DNA of 64,000 nucleotides from Myxococcota bacterium (GCA_963674735.2 CAXXQS010000002.1:992001-1056000); one strand, 5' to 3'; counted from the first letter of the stretch, positions 1-10,601 are shown. The notes: generated by a model not told the origin, from the letters alone. Numbers and translations are program-made.

Positions 1-1336
1 TTCCCTTCGTCCCTTCACCCAATTCCATCTCAAGCCGCTCCCGCATGTAAACCAACGCCTGCCCGCGTTCGCTCAATTCCCCATTGAGTTGCCGCTCGCG
101 CAACTCGGCCAGCAACGCCCCGATACGCGGTCCTTCGGGTACACCAAGCTCCATTAAATCGTGACCGTTCAGCAGCGGCGGCGGTAAACAACGAGCGTCC
201 GGCTGGGCCTCCAATGCCTCGCGGATGGCCTGATACGTGGACAGATCGCCGTGGCAGGCCAGGCAATCGGCACGATGCAAAGCCAGATGATCGTCAAATT
301 GCGTTTGAGCCAGAAAGCGTTTTCGCGTGCTCGTTTTCATCTGCGGATAGTCGAGAAAACGCATGTGCCCGCGTACCAAAGCAGCCGTTTCTTCCCGCAG
401 TATATTGGAAAAACGCAGCCGGTCGGCCACCGTGTGCACCAGTTTTTCTCCAACGGCGGCGTGGCGGTGAAAAATCGGCCGCCCCTTCGTATCGCGCGCG
501 GCGGTGGGCGGCTTGCCGATGTCGTGCAGCAAAGCTCCCCAAGCCAGGGCGGGCGACGGCTGCAGCAGGTGCTCCAGAACTCCGGCCGTATGAACGAAGG
601 CATCGCCTTCCGGGTGATACTCGACCGGCTGCTCAACGCCCGTCAAAGCCGCGACCTCCGGCAGCCAGACGTCCAGCAAACCGCTATCGCGCAAGAGATG
701 CAGGCTTCGACCGGGATGGGGACCGAGAAGCATGCGCGTGAGTTCGTCGAACACACGTTCGGGAGCCAGAATGGCGGATTCGGAAGCGGCGGCACACAAC
801 GCCGTCCAGGTAGCGGGTTCGATAACGAAATCCAAACGGGCCGCGAAACGAATCGCCCGAAACAGGCGCAGGCGGTCTTCGGCGAAACGGGCCGCCGGGT
901 CACCGATGGCGCGTAATAAGCGGGCTTCCAGGTCGGCGCGACCATTCACGCGGTCGATCAGACGATCCGCCTGTGGATCGTACAGCATGCCGTTGATGGT
1001 GAAATCGCGACGCGCGACATCTTCTTCCAACGTGGCACGGCGCACCCAACTCGGGCGACGCCCATCAAGGTAGGGACCGTCGCAACGAAACGTGGCCACT
1101 TCGGTGGTCACACCTTTATAGTGGACGAGCACGACGCCGAAAGCTTTCCCGACTCGCTCGGTACGGTCGAACAGGGCTTCGACATCGTCGGGCCCTGCAT
1201 CGCCGGCGATGTCGATATCAGCAACCGCCAAACCGAGAAGACGGTCGCGCACCGCGCCCCCGGCGATATAGGCTTGATACCCCGCGTTTTGAAGAATGCG
1301 GATGATCCCGATAGCGGCGGTTTCGCGGCGAGTCAT
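1..1336 (-). CDS. cca: CCA tRNA nucleotidyltransferase with HD domain (3' end runs off window)
   Basis: Not in the ORF track because no stop is in the window. Manual translation from ATG 1336: MTRRETAAIG..YIAGGAVRDRLLG..DIDIA..EVATFR..RRDFTING..EDRLRLFRAIRFAARL..HPEGDAFVHT..LLHDIGKP..LLNGHDLM. Confidence 0.92.
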   Translation of the reverse strand, partial: MTRRETAAIGIIRILQNAGYQAYIAGGAVRDRLLGLAVADIDIAGDAGPDDVEALFDRTERVGKAFGVVLVHYKGVTTEVATFRCDGPYLDGRRPSWVRRATLEEDVARRDFTINGMLYDPQADRLIDRVNGRADLEARLLRAIGDPAARFAEDRLRLFRAIRFAARLDFVIEPATWTALCAAASESAILAPERVFDELTRMLLGPHPGRSLHLLRDSGLLDVWLPEVAALTGVEQPVEYHPEGDAFVHTAGVLEHLLQPSPALAWGALLHDIGKPPTAARDTKGRPIFHRHAAVGEKLVHTVADRLRFSNILREETAALVRGHMRFLDYPQMKTSTRKRFLAQTQFDDHLALHRADCLACHGDLSTYQAIREALEAQPDARCLPPPLLNGHDLMELGVPEGPRIGALLAELRERQLNGELSERGQALVYMRERLEMELGEGTKG

Positions 1337-1376
1337 GCAATGGGCTCCAGCACGCGGCGAGAAAGCCCTCCGCGCC

Positions 1377-2660
1377 TCAGCGCCAACGAGAGGAACGCTG
1401 GCCGATCTCCATATCGATCATCTTCTGGATCTGGCCTTTGACCTGGTTGGACAAGCGGTTGACCGCCGTACGGTCGCCTGCGGCTTCGGGTCCGAACTGG
1501 TTGATGTACATAGGTTCGCCGAAGATCACCGTCCATTTGGAGGGCAAAGGCGCAAGCCCAAGCGGCCCTAAAAGCGGGAACAGCGGCGTAAGCGGGAAGA
1601 ACGGCAATCCCAAGGTCTTGGCCAGTCCGCCGAGATTGGCCATGATCGGGTGCACTTCTTCCGATCCCACGATCGCCACCGGAATCACCGGAGCGTCGCT
1701 GACCAGACATAACTTGACAAATCCCCCGCGCCCGAAGCGTTCCAGACGGTAGCGATTGCGGTAGGGTTTGACAATACCCTTGATGCCTTCGGGGAACACC
1801 AGAACCTGCTGATCCTCCGCCAGCAGACGTTGGGCGTTTTCCTGGCAGGCGCGCACCAGACCGAGGCGCGACAACAGCGGTCCCAAAACGGGGAAATAGG
1901 AATAGTAGTCTTCCATCAAAGGCCAGATATCGCGTTTCGCTTCACGGCGCACGGCATGGCTGACCATCAGACTGTCGAAAGGCAGAATTCCGGCATGGTT
2001 ACCCACCAGCACCGCGCGTCCCGTTTTCGGCAGATTTTCGATACCCTTGACGGAAACCCGCCAATAGAAACGGTAGAAGAAAGACAACAAAGATTCCGCA
2101 CGCTGGCTGAGCTCGGGATCGTAACCGTATTCCTGCCCGACCGTAAAGCCGTCGGGACGCAATCGGCGAATCAGCTTTGGATCGCCCCCGCCAATCGCCA
2201 GCGAGCGTTTCGATCGAGCCGAGGCCCATTCCGCTGCGCCTTCGGCCGGTTGCACGTTCGACTCAGGTTGTGCGACAGACGCTGGTTGCACACGAGCCGA
2301 TTTTCCGGTGCCGCTTTGACGCGGCGCGGTCTTTTTAGGTGTCTTCTTTCGGGAAGTTTTAGGGGATGCTTTCGGTTTAGCCTTTGGGCCTGCGGCGGTC
2401 TTGGGTTTGGCCTTGGAAACGGCCTTGCTTTTCGACGGCGCCTTGACGGTTTTCGAGACCTTCGATGCCTTGGCTGTCGTTTTCTTGGCAGGCTTCGTTT
2501 TCGGTTTCGGCTTTTCCACCGTTACCGGCTTTGCTTTCGGGGTGGACGCCTTTTTGGGCTTAGCAGCCCCTTTCGTCTTGCCGCTCTTCCCAGTCGCGGG
2601 CTTCTTTTCAGCGGGTCCACTCAGGAAAGGATCGTTGCCGAGTACGGATTTGGCCATCAT
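1377..2660 (-). CDS. Lysophospholipid/glycerol acyltransferase (PlsC-like) with long Lys/Ala/Pro-rich N-terminal extension
   Basis: NHAGILPFD (HxxxxD), VFPEG and RFGRGGF motifs; the first ~120 aa are low-complexity KPKAK-type. Confidence 0.85.
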   Translation of the reverse strand: MMAKSVLGNDPFLSGPAEKKPATGKSGKTKGAAKPKKASTPKAKPVTVEKPKPKTKPAKKTTAKASKVSKTVKAPSKSKAVSKAKPKTAAGPKAKPKASPKTSRKKTPKKTAPRQSGTGKSARVQPASVAQPESNVQPAEGAAEWASARSKRSLAIGGGDPKLIRRLRPDGFTVGQEYGYDPELSQRAESLLSFFYRFYWRVSVKGIENLPKTGRAVLVGNHAGILPFDSLMVSHAVRREAKRDIWPLMEDYYSYFPVLGPLLSRLGLVRACQENAQRLLAEDQQVLVFPEGIKGIVKPYRNRYRLERFGRGGFVKLCLVSDAPVIPVAIVGSEEVHPIMANLGGLAKTLGLPFFPLTPLFPLLGPLGLAPLPSKWTVIFGEPMYINQFGPEAAGDRTAVNRLSNQVKGQIQKMIDMEIGQRSSRWR

Positions 2661-3643
2661 TCTCCTCCCATCCCACGTTGCGCTCGAACGCGCCGCACGT
2701 CGTCAAGGGCTTCAAAGCAGTCATGCGCCGGAACGAAATCGAGTACCTGGGCCGCCCGGGTTCCATCTGCGACCCAAGGATATTTCAAATGCCCCAGGTA
2801 GCTGCTGGGAATGTCGTAGAGCTTAAGGCTCCACAGCAGGGATGTTACCGGTTTTAAAAAAACTCCCGGTAAAATACGTTCACGGCCTCCGGCGCGCTCG
2901 ATCGCCTCGGAATACCGGAGCACGCCCTTTCCGACGATGTTGAAAATCCCTTCCGCATCGCCCATCACCCCCATGTGATATGCCCGGAACAAATCATCTT
3001 CATGGATAAACTGCATCAGCGGATCGTGCCCGAAAAATCGCGGGGAGTGACGCGCAAAAAGAATACTCGACAGGTAGTTCATGGAAGTCGAGCCCAGCGA
3101 GGTGCAATCGCGCAGAATCATCACTTTCGCCGCCGGGTGCTCGCGGCGGAACTGACGCATCTGGCGTTCCATTTCAACTTTGTCGGCGGTAAACGTGTCT
3201 GCGCCGCGTTGACCGACCGGATGATCTTCAGTGAGAAAAGCCGGGTTACCGGGACGCGCCCCGTAAATCGCCGTAGTCGAACGCGCCACCACCCGTGACA
3301 CTCCCGCTTCGGAACAGGCATCCAGAATGTGCAGAGTACCGATAGCTTCCAGTTCATGGGCCAAGGTTCGGTTCCGCGACAACGTGTAGGTGAAAATAAG
3401 ATGCGCAAAAGTATCCACACCCTCGTTCTGAAACAGCCGACTGACCACCTGCTGCGAGGCGGGACCGGTCAGATCCACTTTGTAGTAAACCAGCTTGGGA
3501 TGTTCGAATTCCGGCTTGTTGATGTCGATGGCGACGATACGCGCACAACGTTCGTCATCCGCCAGTCGTCGCATCAACCCCTGTCCGAGATAATTCGAAG
3601 CCCCGGTCAGGGCGACTACCCGCCGAGTTGGATCCACCGCCAT
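2657..3643 (-). CDS. NAD-dependent epimerase/dehydratase (extended SDR)
   Basis: Rossmann motif ALTGASNYLG and STTAIYG; 4-nt overlap with the acyltransferase, a pairing like mycobacterial Rv0501/Rv0502. Confidence 0.8.
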   Translation of the reverse strand: MAVDPTRRVVALTGASNYLGQGLMRRLADDERCARIVAIDINKPEFEHPKLVYYKVDLTGPASQQVVSRLFQNEGVDTFAHLIFTYTLSRNRTLAHELEAIGTLHILDACSEAGVSRVVARSTTAIYGARPGNPAFLTEDHPVGQRGADTFTADKVEMERQMRQFRREHPAAKVMILRDCTSLGSTSMNYLSSILFARHSPRFFGHDPLMQFIHEDDLFRAYHMGVMGDAEGIFNIVGKGVLRYSEAIERAGGRERILPGVFLKPVTSLLWSLKLYDIPSSYLGHLKYPWVADGTRAAQVLDFVPAHDCFEALDDVRRVRAQRGMGGE

Positions 3644-3672
3644 GGCTATTCCTCACCCATCGCTATGCGCAT

Positions 3673-3706
3673 AAAAAAAGCCCGCCCGGAAGTGTCCGGA
3701 CGGGCC
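3673..3706 (-). terminator. Rho-independent terminator
   Basis: Minus strand GCCCGTCCGG-acactt-CCGGGCGGGC followed by T7, just after the stop at 3712. Confidence 0.8.
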
Positions 3707-3711
3707 GACCA

Positions 3712-5013
3712 TCAGTATTTGCCGGTATGGCAACCGGCCATGCAGCCCCGAGTCGAGACACCGTTGCCTTCGAGCTTGCCGCAGGAATAACCGCGCGGAC
3801 ACTCGAGGGTTCCCTCTTCCACTTCCCCTTCCTGGCGCAGGGTGCAATCCCATGCCACGAAACAGAAGGAACCGAGCTCGACCGTATTGCCGTTGTCATC
3901 CTCTTCCTGCAAGGTAACGCAATAGTTGCCTTCACCGCATTCGTTGTTCTGATTCTGCGTGTCGGTACACTCCATGCAGAAAGGCTGGGGACCGTAAGGA
4001 TTCTGGCATTCGCCGGTGGCTTCTTCGCGCGGGGCGAAACAGCAGCCGCGGTCTTCCGGATCGCCGTCGGGCAATTCCACCGAACAAAGCTCGCCCAGGC
4101 CGCATTGCCAAGTTCCTTCACAACCCGTGCGTTCGACGCATTGGCCCTCGATGCACTCGTTGTAGGCATAGCAATCGCCGTCGTTGTCGCAACCCGGCTC
4201 ACAGGTACGAGAAGCCACATCGCATTGGTATTCCAACGGACAATGTTCCTTGGCCGCGCAATCGCCCTCGACGCAGACGCCGTCGATGCAAACTTCACCG
4301 CCCAGGCAGTCTTCCTTCACCAGGCAACCGTCCATGCAAAGACCATTGCGGCCGCCCGCGCCATCCAGGTCGAGGCAAACCTGCCCGGTGGGACAACCGG
4401 CGCTGGCACTGCAACCGGGGAAGCATTTCGCCGTCAAGGGATTACAGACATTCGGCTCGGTGCAATCGTTATGGGTGCAACAGGAAGCTCCCACGTCACC
4501 TGGGGGGCGGTTGGTGTCGAACACGCACTGTTCGATACTGATACCCGCCACCTGCTCACACAGCCAGCCGTCCGGACAGACATAGCCCGATCCGCAATAG
4601 TGGCCGCAGACTCCGTCGGGCAGACAGGCGTCGTCGCTCAATCCGCATTCCTCACTGGTGGTGCAGGCTTCGCATAGTAGCTTGCGCCGCTTGCAGACAC
4701 CCAGGCTGGTGTCGCACCACTCGTCGCCGAAACACTCGGCGTCTTTGGTGCAGTCGGGCTGGGGTTCGTTATCGTCGCCATCCGTCGTGATGATCACACC
4801 GCCATCGCCGTCAACCGGACTGTCGCCATCGGCCGGACTATCGCCGTCAACCGGTCGATCCCCATCGGTCGGGGCATCGCCGTCGGTTGGAGCCATCGTA
4901 TCGCCATCCGCTCCGTTTTCATCGGAATCGGAACCGCAAGCCGGAAAGGCCAAAGCCACAATCAAGAAAACAGCCAGCGCCAATCCGTTCCATTTCCGTG
5001 TATTACACATCAT
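3712..5013 (-). CDS. Cys-rich secreted lipoprotein with DGD-repeat linker
   Basis: Signal peptide ending LAFPA-C; PxDGDx repeats; repeated CxxxxDC/ECxxG modules. Confidence 0.8.
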   Translation of the reverse strand: MMCNTRKWNGLALAVFLIVALAFPACGSDSDENGADGDTMAPTDGDAPTDGDRPVDGDSPADGDSPVDGDGGVIITTDGDDNEPQPDCTKDAECFGDEWCDTSLGVCKRRKLLCEACTTSEECGLSDDACLPDGVCGHYCGSGYVCPDGWLCEQVAGISIEQCVFDTNRPPGDVGASCCTHNDCTEPNVCNPLTAKCFPGCSASAGCPTGQVCLDLDGAGGRNGLCMDGCLVKEDCLGGEVCIDGVCVEGDCAAKEHCPLEYQCDVASRTCEPGCDNDGDCYAYNECIEGQCVERTGCEGTWQCGLGELCSVELPDGDPEDRGCCFAPREEATGECQNPYGPQPFCMECTDTQNQNNECGEGNYCVTLQEEDDNGNTVELGSFCFVAWDCTLRQEGEVEEGTLECPRGYSCGKLEGNGVSTRGCMAGCHTGKY

Positions 5014-5041
5014 CGCCTCCTTCGCCTTATCATCCGGCTCA

Positions 5042-6355
5042 TTATTTCGTGTTTCGTTTGCGTGCCGTACTCGGAACCACCCGGTTGGGTTTCACCTTTA
5101 TTAAGTCGGGCGTTACGGCCTTGGCCGCCGGTTTCGTTCCCGCAGGTTTGTCACTGAAAGTAATCGTCCCGAAGCGTCCCAGAGTATGAAAATCGCCGAC
5201 TAGGGTAGGCGACCACATCGCCGCCAGAGTTCCCCGCTTCTGCGGACGTTCCATGCGGTAGAAATTGATGCGCCATTGATCGCCGGGTTTGGGCGGCAGA
5301 TTCGGGGCGTCTTTGATCTCGGTAAAAGGCACGGCCATTTCGACCACATAGCGGGTATCGCGATCCTCCCGCTTATTCAAAGTCCCTTCCACCTGAACGC
5401 CGGATTTCAGTTTGGAGTCCCACTTGATATCCATGTTTTTACGACGTTCGGGGAAATAGGCGTCGTATACGGCATTGGCGGCATTGACCTGCAGTTCGTA
5501 GTAAGTGGACTTCGACCCATCCGCGTCGATCATGACCTCGGTGGTTTCTTCGCGGTAAAGCGGATCATCGCGTTTGGTGTAGCTGGTCCAGACATCGGCG
5601 TCCTCGCAAATGAACGCGATGTATAGATAACGGTCGTCCCACAACATTTTGACATTCGTCTCAGGCTTGACGGTTTTGTCTCCGGCCAGGTTGCCCAATG
5701 CGCCGGTACCCTCTGTTTTGCCCCAGGATACCTCATCCAACTTGCCATCCGGCGTCAGGCTTCCTTCGCTCCGGTAGACCGTCATGTAACGCTTGATCTC
5801 CCGCGATTCCGTAAGAGGTAAAGCGGCGATTTTAGCTCGGCCATCGCTGTCGGCCCGGTCGCGGCTCTCACGCGCGATGGGCATCCGCGTCTCGCCTTTG
5901 TAGAAACCGCCCCAGAGAATCCCTTTCTCGCCCGGAAAACCGGCCGGCATGCGCGAGCGAAAAACATCCTTGATGATGTCGCCCTTGCGCCAGGCACTGG
6001 TGGGATATTTATTGTCGAGCACGAAGTGGTCCATCTTGGCGCGAAAACGCTGCGGACCATTCGGCTCGAAGTGACCGAAAAACTCATAGTCCGCACCAAC
6101 CCGGTCCAACACTTCAAGATAAAACGTGATCGTATACATCTTGTTGTGCGCCAGAGGCTTGGGCGTATAGTCCAAACCGAGGATGCGAATTTTGTTGTCG
6201 AAATTGATGTTTACCGGCACATCGTACTTGGCCGGAGCTTCTTTTAGCAGATAAGCCGACAAAGCCGACCGATCGATGTTGTCCGCCGCCGGAGGTTCTT
6301 CACATCCGAACATTGTCAACAACGCAATCATCACCCCAATCCATCCCAAACGCAT
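5042..6355 (-). CDS. Lipoprotein with C-terminal carbohydrate-binding family 9-like (CBM9-like) domain
   Basis: Lipobox MFG-C; DGKLDEVSW, LWDDRYLYIAF, YYELQVNA, VEMAVPF and WRINFYR motifs. Start moved to ATG 6355. Confidence 0.8.
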   Translation of the reverse strand: MRLGWIGVMIALLTMFGCEEPPAADNIDRSALSAYLLKEAPAKYDVPVNINFDNKIRILGLDYTPKPLAHNKMYTITFYLEVLDRVGADYEFFGHFEPNGPQRFRAKMDHFVLDNKYPTSAWRKGDIIKDVFRSRMPAGFPGEKGILWGGFYKGETRMPIARESRDRADSDGRAKIAALPLTESREIKRYMTVYRSEGSLTPDGKLDEVSWGKTEGTGALGNLAGDKTVKPETNVKMLWDDRYLYIAFICEDADVWTSYTKRDDPLYREETTEVMIDADGSKSTYYELQVNAANAVYDAYFPERRKNMDIKWDSKLKSGVQVEGTLNKREDRDTRYVVEMAVPFTEIKDAPNLPPKPGDQWRINFYRMERPQKRGTLAAMWSPTLVGDFHTLGRFGTITFSDKPAGTKPAAKAVTPDLIKVKPNRVVPSTARKRNTK

Positions 6356-6460
6356 GAAACACACCTCGACTCTACAATGACGGATTCGATTCGAGAAACC
6401 GGAACACCTTGAAATGACCAATCGTTTCAGCCTAACGCAGCCCTTTGGTCCACGTCAAGA

Positions 6461-6494
6461 AAAACCGGGCCGCATCAGCCTGCAGCCCGGTTGA
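6461..6494 (-). terminator. Rho-independent terminator after fsa
   Basis: Minus strand CCGGGCTGC..GCGGCCCGG followed by TTTTTCTT. Confidence 0.65.
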
Positions 6495-6515
6495 ATCATT
6501 CCTCGATAGTCGCGC

Positions 6516-7160
6516 TTATTTCGGCACTTTCGCCCAATCAGCCGCGAACTTCGCCAAGCCGATATCGGTGAGCGGATGCTTGGCCAGCTGCTGGATGACC
6601 TTGAGAGGAATGGTCGAGGCATCCGCTCCCATCATGGCCGCTTCGACCACATGCAGCGGACTGCGTACGGAAGCGACCAGAACCTCGGTTGCAAATCCGT
6701 AGTTATTCAGAATCTCGACGATTTGCTCGATCAACTCCATTCCGACGCTGGAGATGTCGTCCAGGCGACCGACGAACGGCGAGACGAACGTGGCTCCGGC
6801 CTTCGCGGCCATGAGCGCCTGCATCGAAGAGAACACCAGTGTGACGTTTGTTTTGATGTTTTCGGCCGTCAGCGATCGGACCGCTTTGAGACCTTCGAGA
6901 GTCATGGGAACTTTGATCACGACATTCTCGCCCATCTTGGCCAGCTCACGCGCCTGGGTCATCATGCCTTCGTAATCGTCGGCCGTCACTTCCAGGCTGA
7001 CCGGACCCTCCACCAGCGCCAAAATCTCTTTCGCGACCTCATCGAAAGGACGTCCGGTTTTGGCAATCAGCGACGGATTGGTGGTGACACCATCGACCAG
7101 ACCATAGGCCGCCGCTTCCTTGATTTCGTTCACATCTGCCGTATCGATAAAGAATTTCAT
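6516..7160 (-). CDS. fsa: Transaldolase / fructose-6-phosphate aldolase (TalC/Fsa type)
   Basis: [39 protein letters not shown]. Confidence 0.93.
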   Translation of the reverse strand: MKFFIDTADVNEIKEAAAYGLVDGVTTNPSLIAKTGRPFDEVAKEILALVEGPVSLEVTADDYEGMMTQARELAKMGENVVIKVPMTLEGLKAVRSLTAENIKTNVTLVFSSMQALMAAKAGATFVSPFVGRLDDISSVGMELIEQIVEILNNYGFATEVLVASVRSPLHVVEAAMMGADASTIPLKVIQQLAKHPLTDIGLAKFAADWAKVPK

Positions 7161-7185
7161 GAGATCGGGCTCCTTTTAACACTCG

Positions 7186-7674
7186 TTAATGGGTAATCAA
7201 CCGGACCTCTGCCGGGTCCGGGCAAATAGCAAGCAGATTCTCGATCGTTTCACCCAACACCGGATGCCGCCAGCTGGGCGCGATCTCGGCCAGCGGCATG
7301 AGGACAAAACGCCGCTGGGTCAGTCTCGGATGCGGGACAATCAGATCGAATTCACGAATGGTCTTCTCGTCGTAAAGCAACAAATCCAGATCCAGGGTGC
7401 GTGCCGCCTTGGGTTTGAGCCGCACACGCCCCTTGATCGTCTCCAGCGCAAACAGGGCATTCAGCAACTCTCGTGGAGACAGCTTGGTCTGAATAACCGC
7501 TGCGGCATTGATGTACCACGGCTGTTCATCAAGCACGTCAACCGGCTCGGTCTCATACAGCGAGGACCGGGCCACCAGAGAAGTGGCGGGCAAAGCATCC
7601 AGATTGCGAAATGCATCCAGAACCGACAGCTCACGTTCTCCGATGTTGGCTCCAATGCCGATGGCCGCGCGCAT
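7186..7674 (-). CDS. folK: 2-amino-4-hydroxy-6-hydroxymethyldihydropteridine diphosphokinase
   Basis: IGIGANIG, SSLYETEP, RTLDLDLL, VPHPRLTQRRFVL. Confidence 0.95.
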   Translation of the reverse strand: MRAAIGIGANIGERELSVLDAFRNLDALPATSLVARSSLYETEPVDVLDEQPWYINAAAVIQTKLSPRELLNALFALETIKGRVRLKPKAARTLDLDLLLYDEKTIREFDLIVPHPRLTQRRFVLMPLAEIAPSWRHPVLGETIENLLAICPDPAEVRLITH

Positions 7675-7704
7675 GATCGTTTCCTTGCAAACCGTCTGCC
7701 GACT

Positions 7705-8877
7705 TTAAGCCAAAGCGGCCAGGCGTTCGACCGCTTCACTCACCCGAGCCTGATCGGCACAAAGCGCTAGTCGGAAATAACCTTCACCCGCCGCTCCAAA
7801 ACCCGTTCCGGGCGTAACGACCACCGCCGCTTCTTCCAGGGCCCGCATGGCAAACTCAGCGGCCGAACAGCCGCCGGGAGTTTTGATCCAGAGATAGAAG
7901 GTCGCCCCGGAATCGAAAACGTCGAATCCCGATTTCGCCAGCACCTTCGTGGCCGCCTTGCGACGCCGGTTATACACCTTGCGGATGTCGTTGGTCAACC
8001 GAACCGGCAGGTCATTGGCCGTGATTCCCGCTTGCTGGATCGCCGTGAAAATACCGGAATCGACGTTGTTTTTAATCCGCCCCAAAGCTGCGATACCCGC
8101 CTCGCACCCGGCGGCAAATCCGACGCGCCAACCGGTCATGTTGTAGGTTTTGGAATGGGAATACAACTCGATCGCCGTTTCGCGGCCACCCTCGACCTCG
8201 AAAATGGAGATGGGACGCTCTCGTCCGGTATAGATTTCGAAGTAGGCCGCATCGTGGGCAATCAGCACACCATATTTGGCCGCTTTGGCCACGGCATGGG
8301 CGAAAAACTCTTTTGTGGCCCGAGCTCCGGTGGGGTTGTTCGGGTAATTTAAAAACAGGATCTTGGCCTTGTTCCACACTTTGGCCGGAATGCGGTCCAG
8401 GTCGGGTAAGAAGGCATTCTCGGCTTTAAGCGGCATAAACACCGGCTCCCCGCCGCAAAAACGGGTCGCAATCGCGTACACCGGATAACCGGGATCGGGA
8501 ACGAGCACCACATCGCCGGGATCGACGAAGGCCAGCGGCAAATGAGCAATCCCTTCCTTCGATCCGATCAACGCCAGCATTTCGCGGTCGGGATCGAAGG
8601 TTTGGCCGAGACGCTTTTTCAGGTATTTCGCACAGGAAATCCGAAAGTCCCGTGACCCGGCATAGGCCGGATAACGATGATTGGCCGGATCTTCCGTTGC
8701 CACCTGCATGCGACGCACGATAGGTTCCGGCGTCGGCATATCGGGATCACCGACGCCAAGATCGATGACGTCCGCGCCTTTTTGAACCATCGCATCGCGC
8801 AATGCATCGATCCGAGCAAACAGATAAGGAGGTAACTCAGCCACTCGCGCGGCTGGCTTGGGTGTTTTGAACTTCAT
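7705..8877 (-). CDS. dapL: LL-diaminopimelate aminotransferase
   Basis: LPPYLFA, DLGVGDPD, LIGSKEG, NYPNNPTG, SKTYNMTGWR; follows dapA-dapB. Confidence 0.85.
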   Translation of the reverse strand: MKFKTPKPAARVAELPPYLFARIDALRDAMVQKGADVIDLGVGDPDMPTPEPIVRRMQVATEDPANHRYPAYAGSRDFRISCAKYLKKRLGQTFDPDREMLALIGSKEGIAHLPLAFVDPGDVVLVPDPGYPVYAIATRFCGGEPVFMPLKAENAFLPDLDRIPAKVWNKAKILFLNYPNNPTGARATKEFFAHAVAKAAKYGVLIAHDAAYFEIYTGRERPISIFEVEGGRETAIELYSHSKTYNMTGWRVGFAAGCEAGIAALGRIKNNVDSGIFTAIQQAGITANDLPVRLTNDIRKVYNRRRKAATKVLAKSGFDVFDSGATFYLWIKTPGGCSAAEFAMRALEEAAVVVTPGTGFGAAGEGYFRLALCADQARVSEAVERLAALA

Positions 8878-8906
8878 GGGAACCTTTCCGTTACAATGAT
8901 GATATC

Positions 8907-9710
8907 TTAAGGTTGAATGCCGAGCACGTCCAACATACCATAGAGGCCGGGCTGCTGAGCGCCCACCCAACGGGCGGCTTTAAGCGCGCCGGAGGCGAGA
9001 GCTTCACGCCCGGAGGTCCGGTGGGTCAGTTCCAGACGTTCACCGTTACCGAACAAAAACACGGTGTGTTCACCAACCACATCACCGCCGCGCAAGGCAT
9101 GAACGCCGATCTGGTGGTGCGGCCGCGCACCGATTTCGCCTTGACGACCGAAGATCGTTACGGGATCGATATCGGATTTGAGCGCCAACGCCGCTTCTTC
9201 AACCAAACGCAGGGCCGTGCCTGATGGAGAATCTTTCTTGTTTCGATGGTGAATTTCCTCCACCTCCACTTCCACATCGCTTCCCATACCCGCGACGGCG
9301 CGGCGCACCAAGTGAAACAACAGATTGACACCGGAAGAGAAATTGGGAGACCACACCACCGGGGCGCGCATGGCCAGCATGGCCACCTCGTCACGAATAC
9401 TTTCGGACAAACCGGTTGTTCCGCAAATCAAGGGCAACGGTCGCCCGCGCAAAACACGCAAGAGCTGAGCCGTACCCTCCGGTAAAGAGAAATCCATTAC
9501 CACATCGGCTTCGATGCGATCGGGTAAGGACGATAAAACCTGCTTCTGCACCGACAAGCCCGAAATCACCCCCACATCTCGTCCGATATCGGGGTGACTG
9601 GACCGTTCATAGGCACCGGCCAGGGTCAAATCGTCGGCTTCAATCACCATTTTCGCCAAAACGCCGCCCATACGGCCGCCGGCTCCGAAAAGTGCAACAC
9701 GGGTCGTCAT
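8907..9710 (-). CDS. dapB: 4-hydroxy-tetrahydrodipicolinate reductase
   Basis: GAGGRMG, GTTG, EIHHRNKKDSPSGTA, RGGDVVGEH. Confidence 0.96.
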   Translation of the reverse strand: MTTRVALFGAGGRMGGVLAKMVIEADDLTLAGAYERSSHPDIGRDVGVISGLSVQKQVLSSLPDRIEADVVMDFSLPEGTAQLLRVLRGRPLPLICGTTGLSESIRDEVAMLAMRAPVVWSPNFSSGVNLLFHLVRRAVAGMGSDVEVEVEEIHHRNKKDSPSGTALRLVEEAALALKSDIDPVTIFGRQGEIGARPHHQIGVHALRGGDVVGEHTVFLFGNGERLELTHRTSGREALASGALKAARWVGAQQPGLYGMLDVLGIQP

Positions 9711-9722
9711 CGGATCGCCTCC

Positions 9723-10601
9723 TTAACCCAGCAAATTATGGGCGGCGAGATCCTGGCGCAGACCAGCCAACGCTTCACCTGCCATGGGAACCAAGGGCAG
9801 GCGTAATCGGTTTTCGCACAAACCCATCAAACTGGCGGCCGCTTTGACCGGAATCGGGTTGGATTGCCGAAACATCGCCCCGATCAGGGTTAAAAGCGCC
9901 AGTTGCTCGCGTCGGGCCGCGGCCGGATCTCCGGCTGTCCAGGCGTTGTACACCGCCATGAAGCGATCCGGCACAATATTCGAGGTTGTGGAAATCAGGC
10001 CCTGCCCACCCAATGACAAAATAGGCAACAGCAGGGCGTCTTCGCCGGACAACACATCCCATTTGCCCTCGGTCAAGCGCAGAATCTCGGCCACCTGAGC
10101 CACGTTGCCGCTGGCTTCCTTGAGACCGATCAGCGCGGGCAAATCCGCCAGACGAGCGGCCGTTTCCGCCGTCATGTTCGTCCCGGTACGCGAAGGAACG
10201 TTATAGGCCACCAGAGGAATATCCACCGCCTCCGCCACTGCTTCGACATGGGCCACGATGCCATCCGGAGTCGGTTTGTTGTAGTAGGGCACCACCACCA
10301 TGGCGGCATCCGCATCCAGTTCTTTGGCCTGACGCACCATATCGATGGTCGTCGTGGTGTTGTTGGTGGCCGCTCCCACGATCACTGGAACCTTTCCACC
10401 GGCTTCTTCCATCACGATACCAACGATACGAGCACGCTCCTCAAAGCTCACGGTCGCCGCTTCTCCGGTAGATCCCAATGGGACAATCCCGGAAATGCCG
10501 CCCTCGATTTGACGCTGCACCAGACGACGCAGGGCCGGTTCATCAAGCCCATCAGCGTTAAAGGGAGTAATCAATGCCGTATAAACACCTTGTAGTCTCA
10601 T
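9723..10601 (-). CDS. dapA: 4-hydroxy-tetrahydrodipicolinate synthase
   Basis: TALITPF, GSTGEA, PYYNKP, YNVPSRTG, KEASG, NPIPVK; start ATG 10601 after a GGAG RBS. Confidence 0.96.
   Translation of the reverse strand: MRLQGVYTALITPFNADGLDEPALRRLVQRQIEGGISGIVPLGSTGEAATVSFEERARIVGIVMEEAGGKVPVIVGAATNNTTTTIDMVRQAKELDADAAMVVVPYYNKPTPDGIVAHVEAVAEAVDIPLVAYNVPSRTGTNMTAETAARLADLPALIGLKEASGNVAQVAEILRLTEGKWDVLSGEDALLLPILSLGGQGLISTTSNIVPDRFMAVYNAWTAGDPAAARREQLALLTLIGAMFRQSNPIPVKAAASLMGLCENRLRLPLVPMAGEALAGLRQDLAAHNLLG

Noticed and set aside
1-1336. Apparent gene-free or fragmented region in the ORF track
   Set aside because: It is one uninterrupted cca reading frame whose stop lies outside the window
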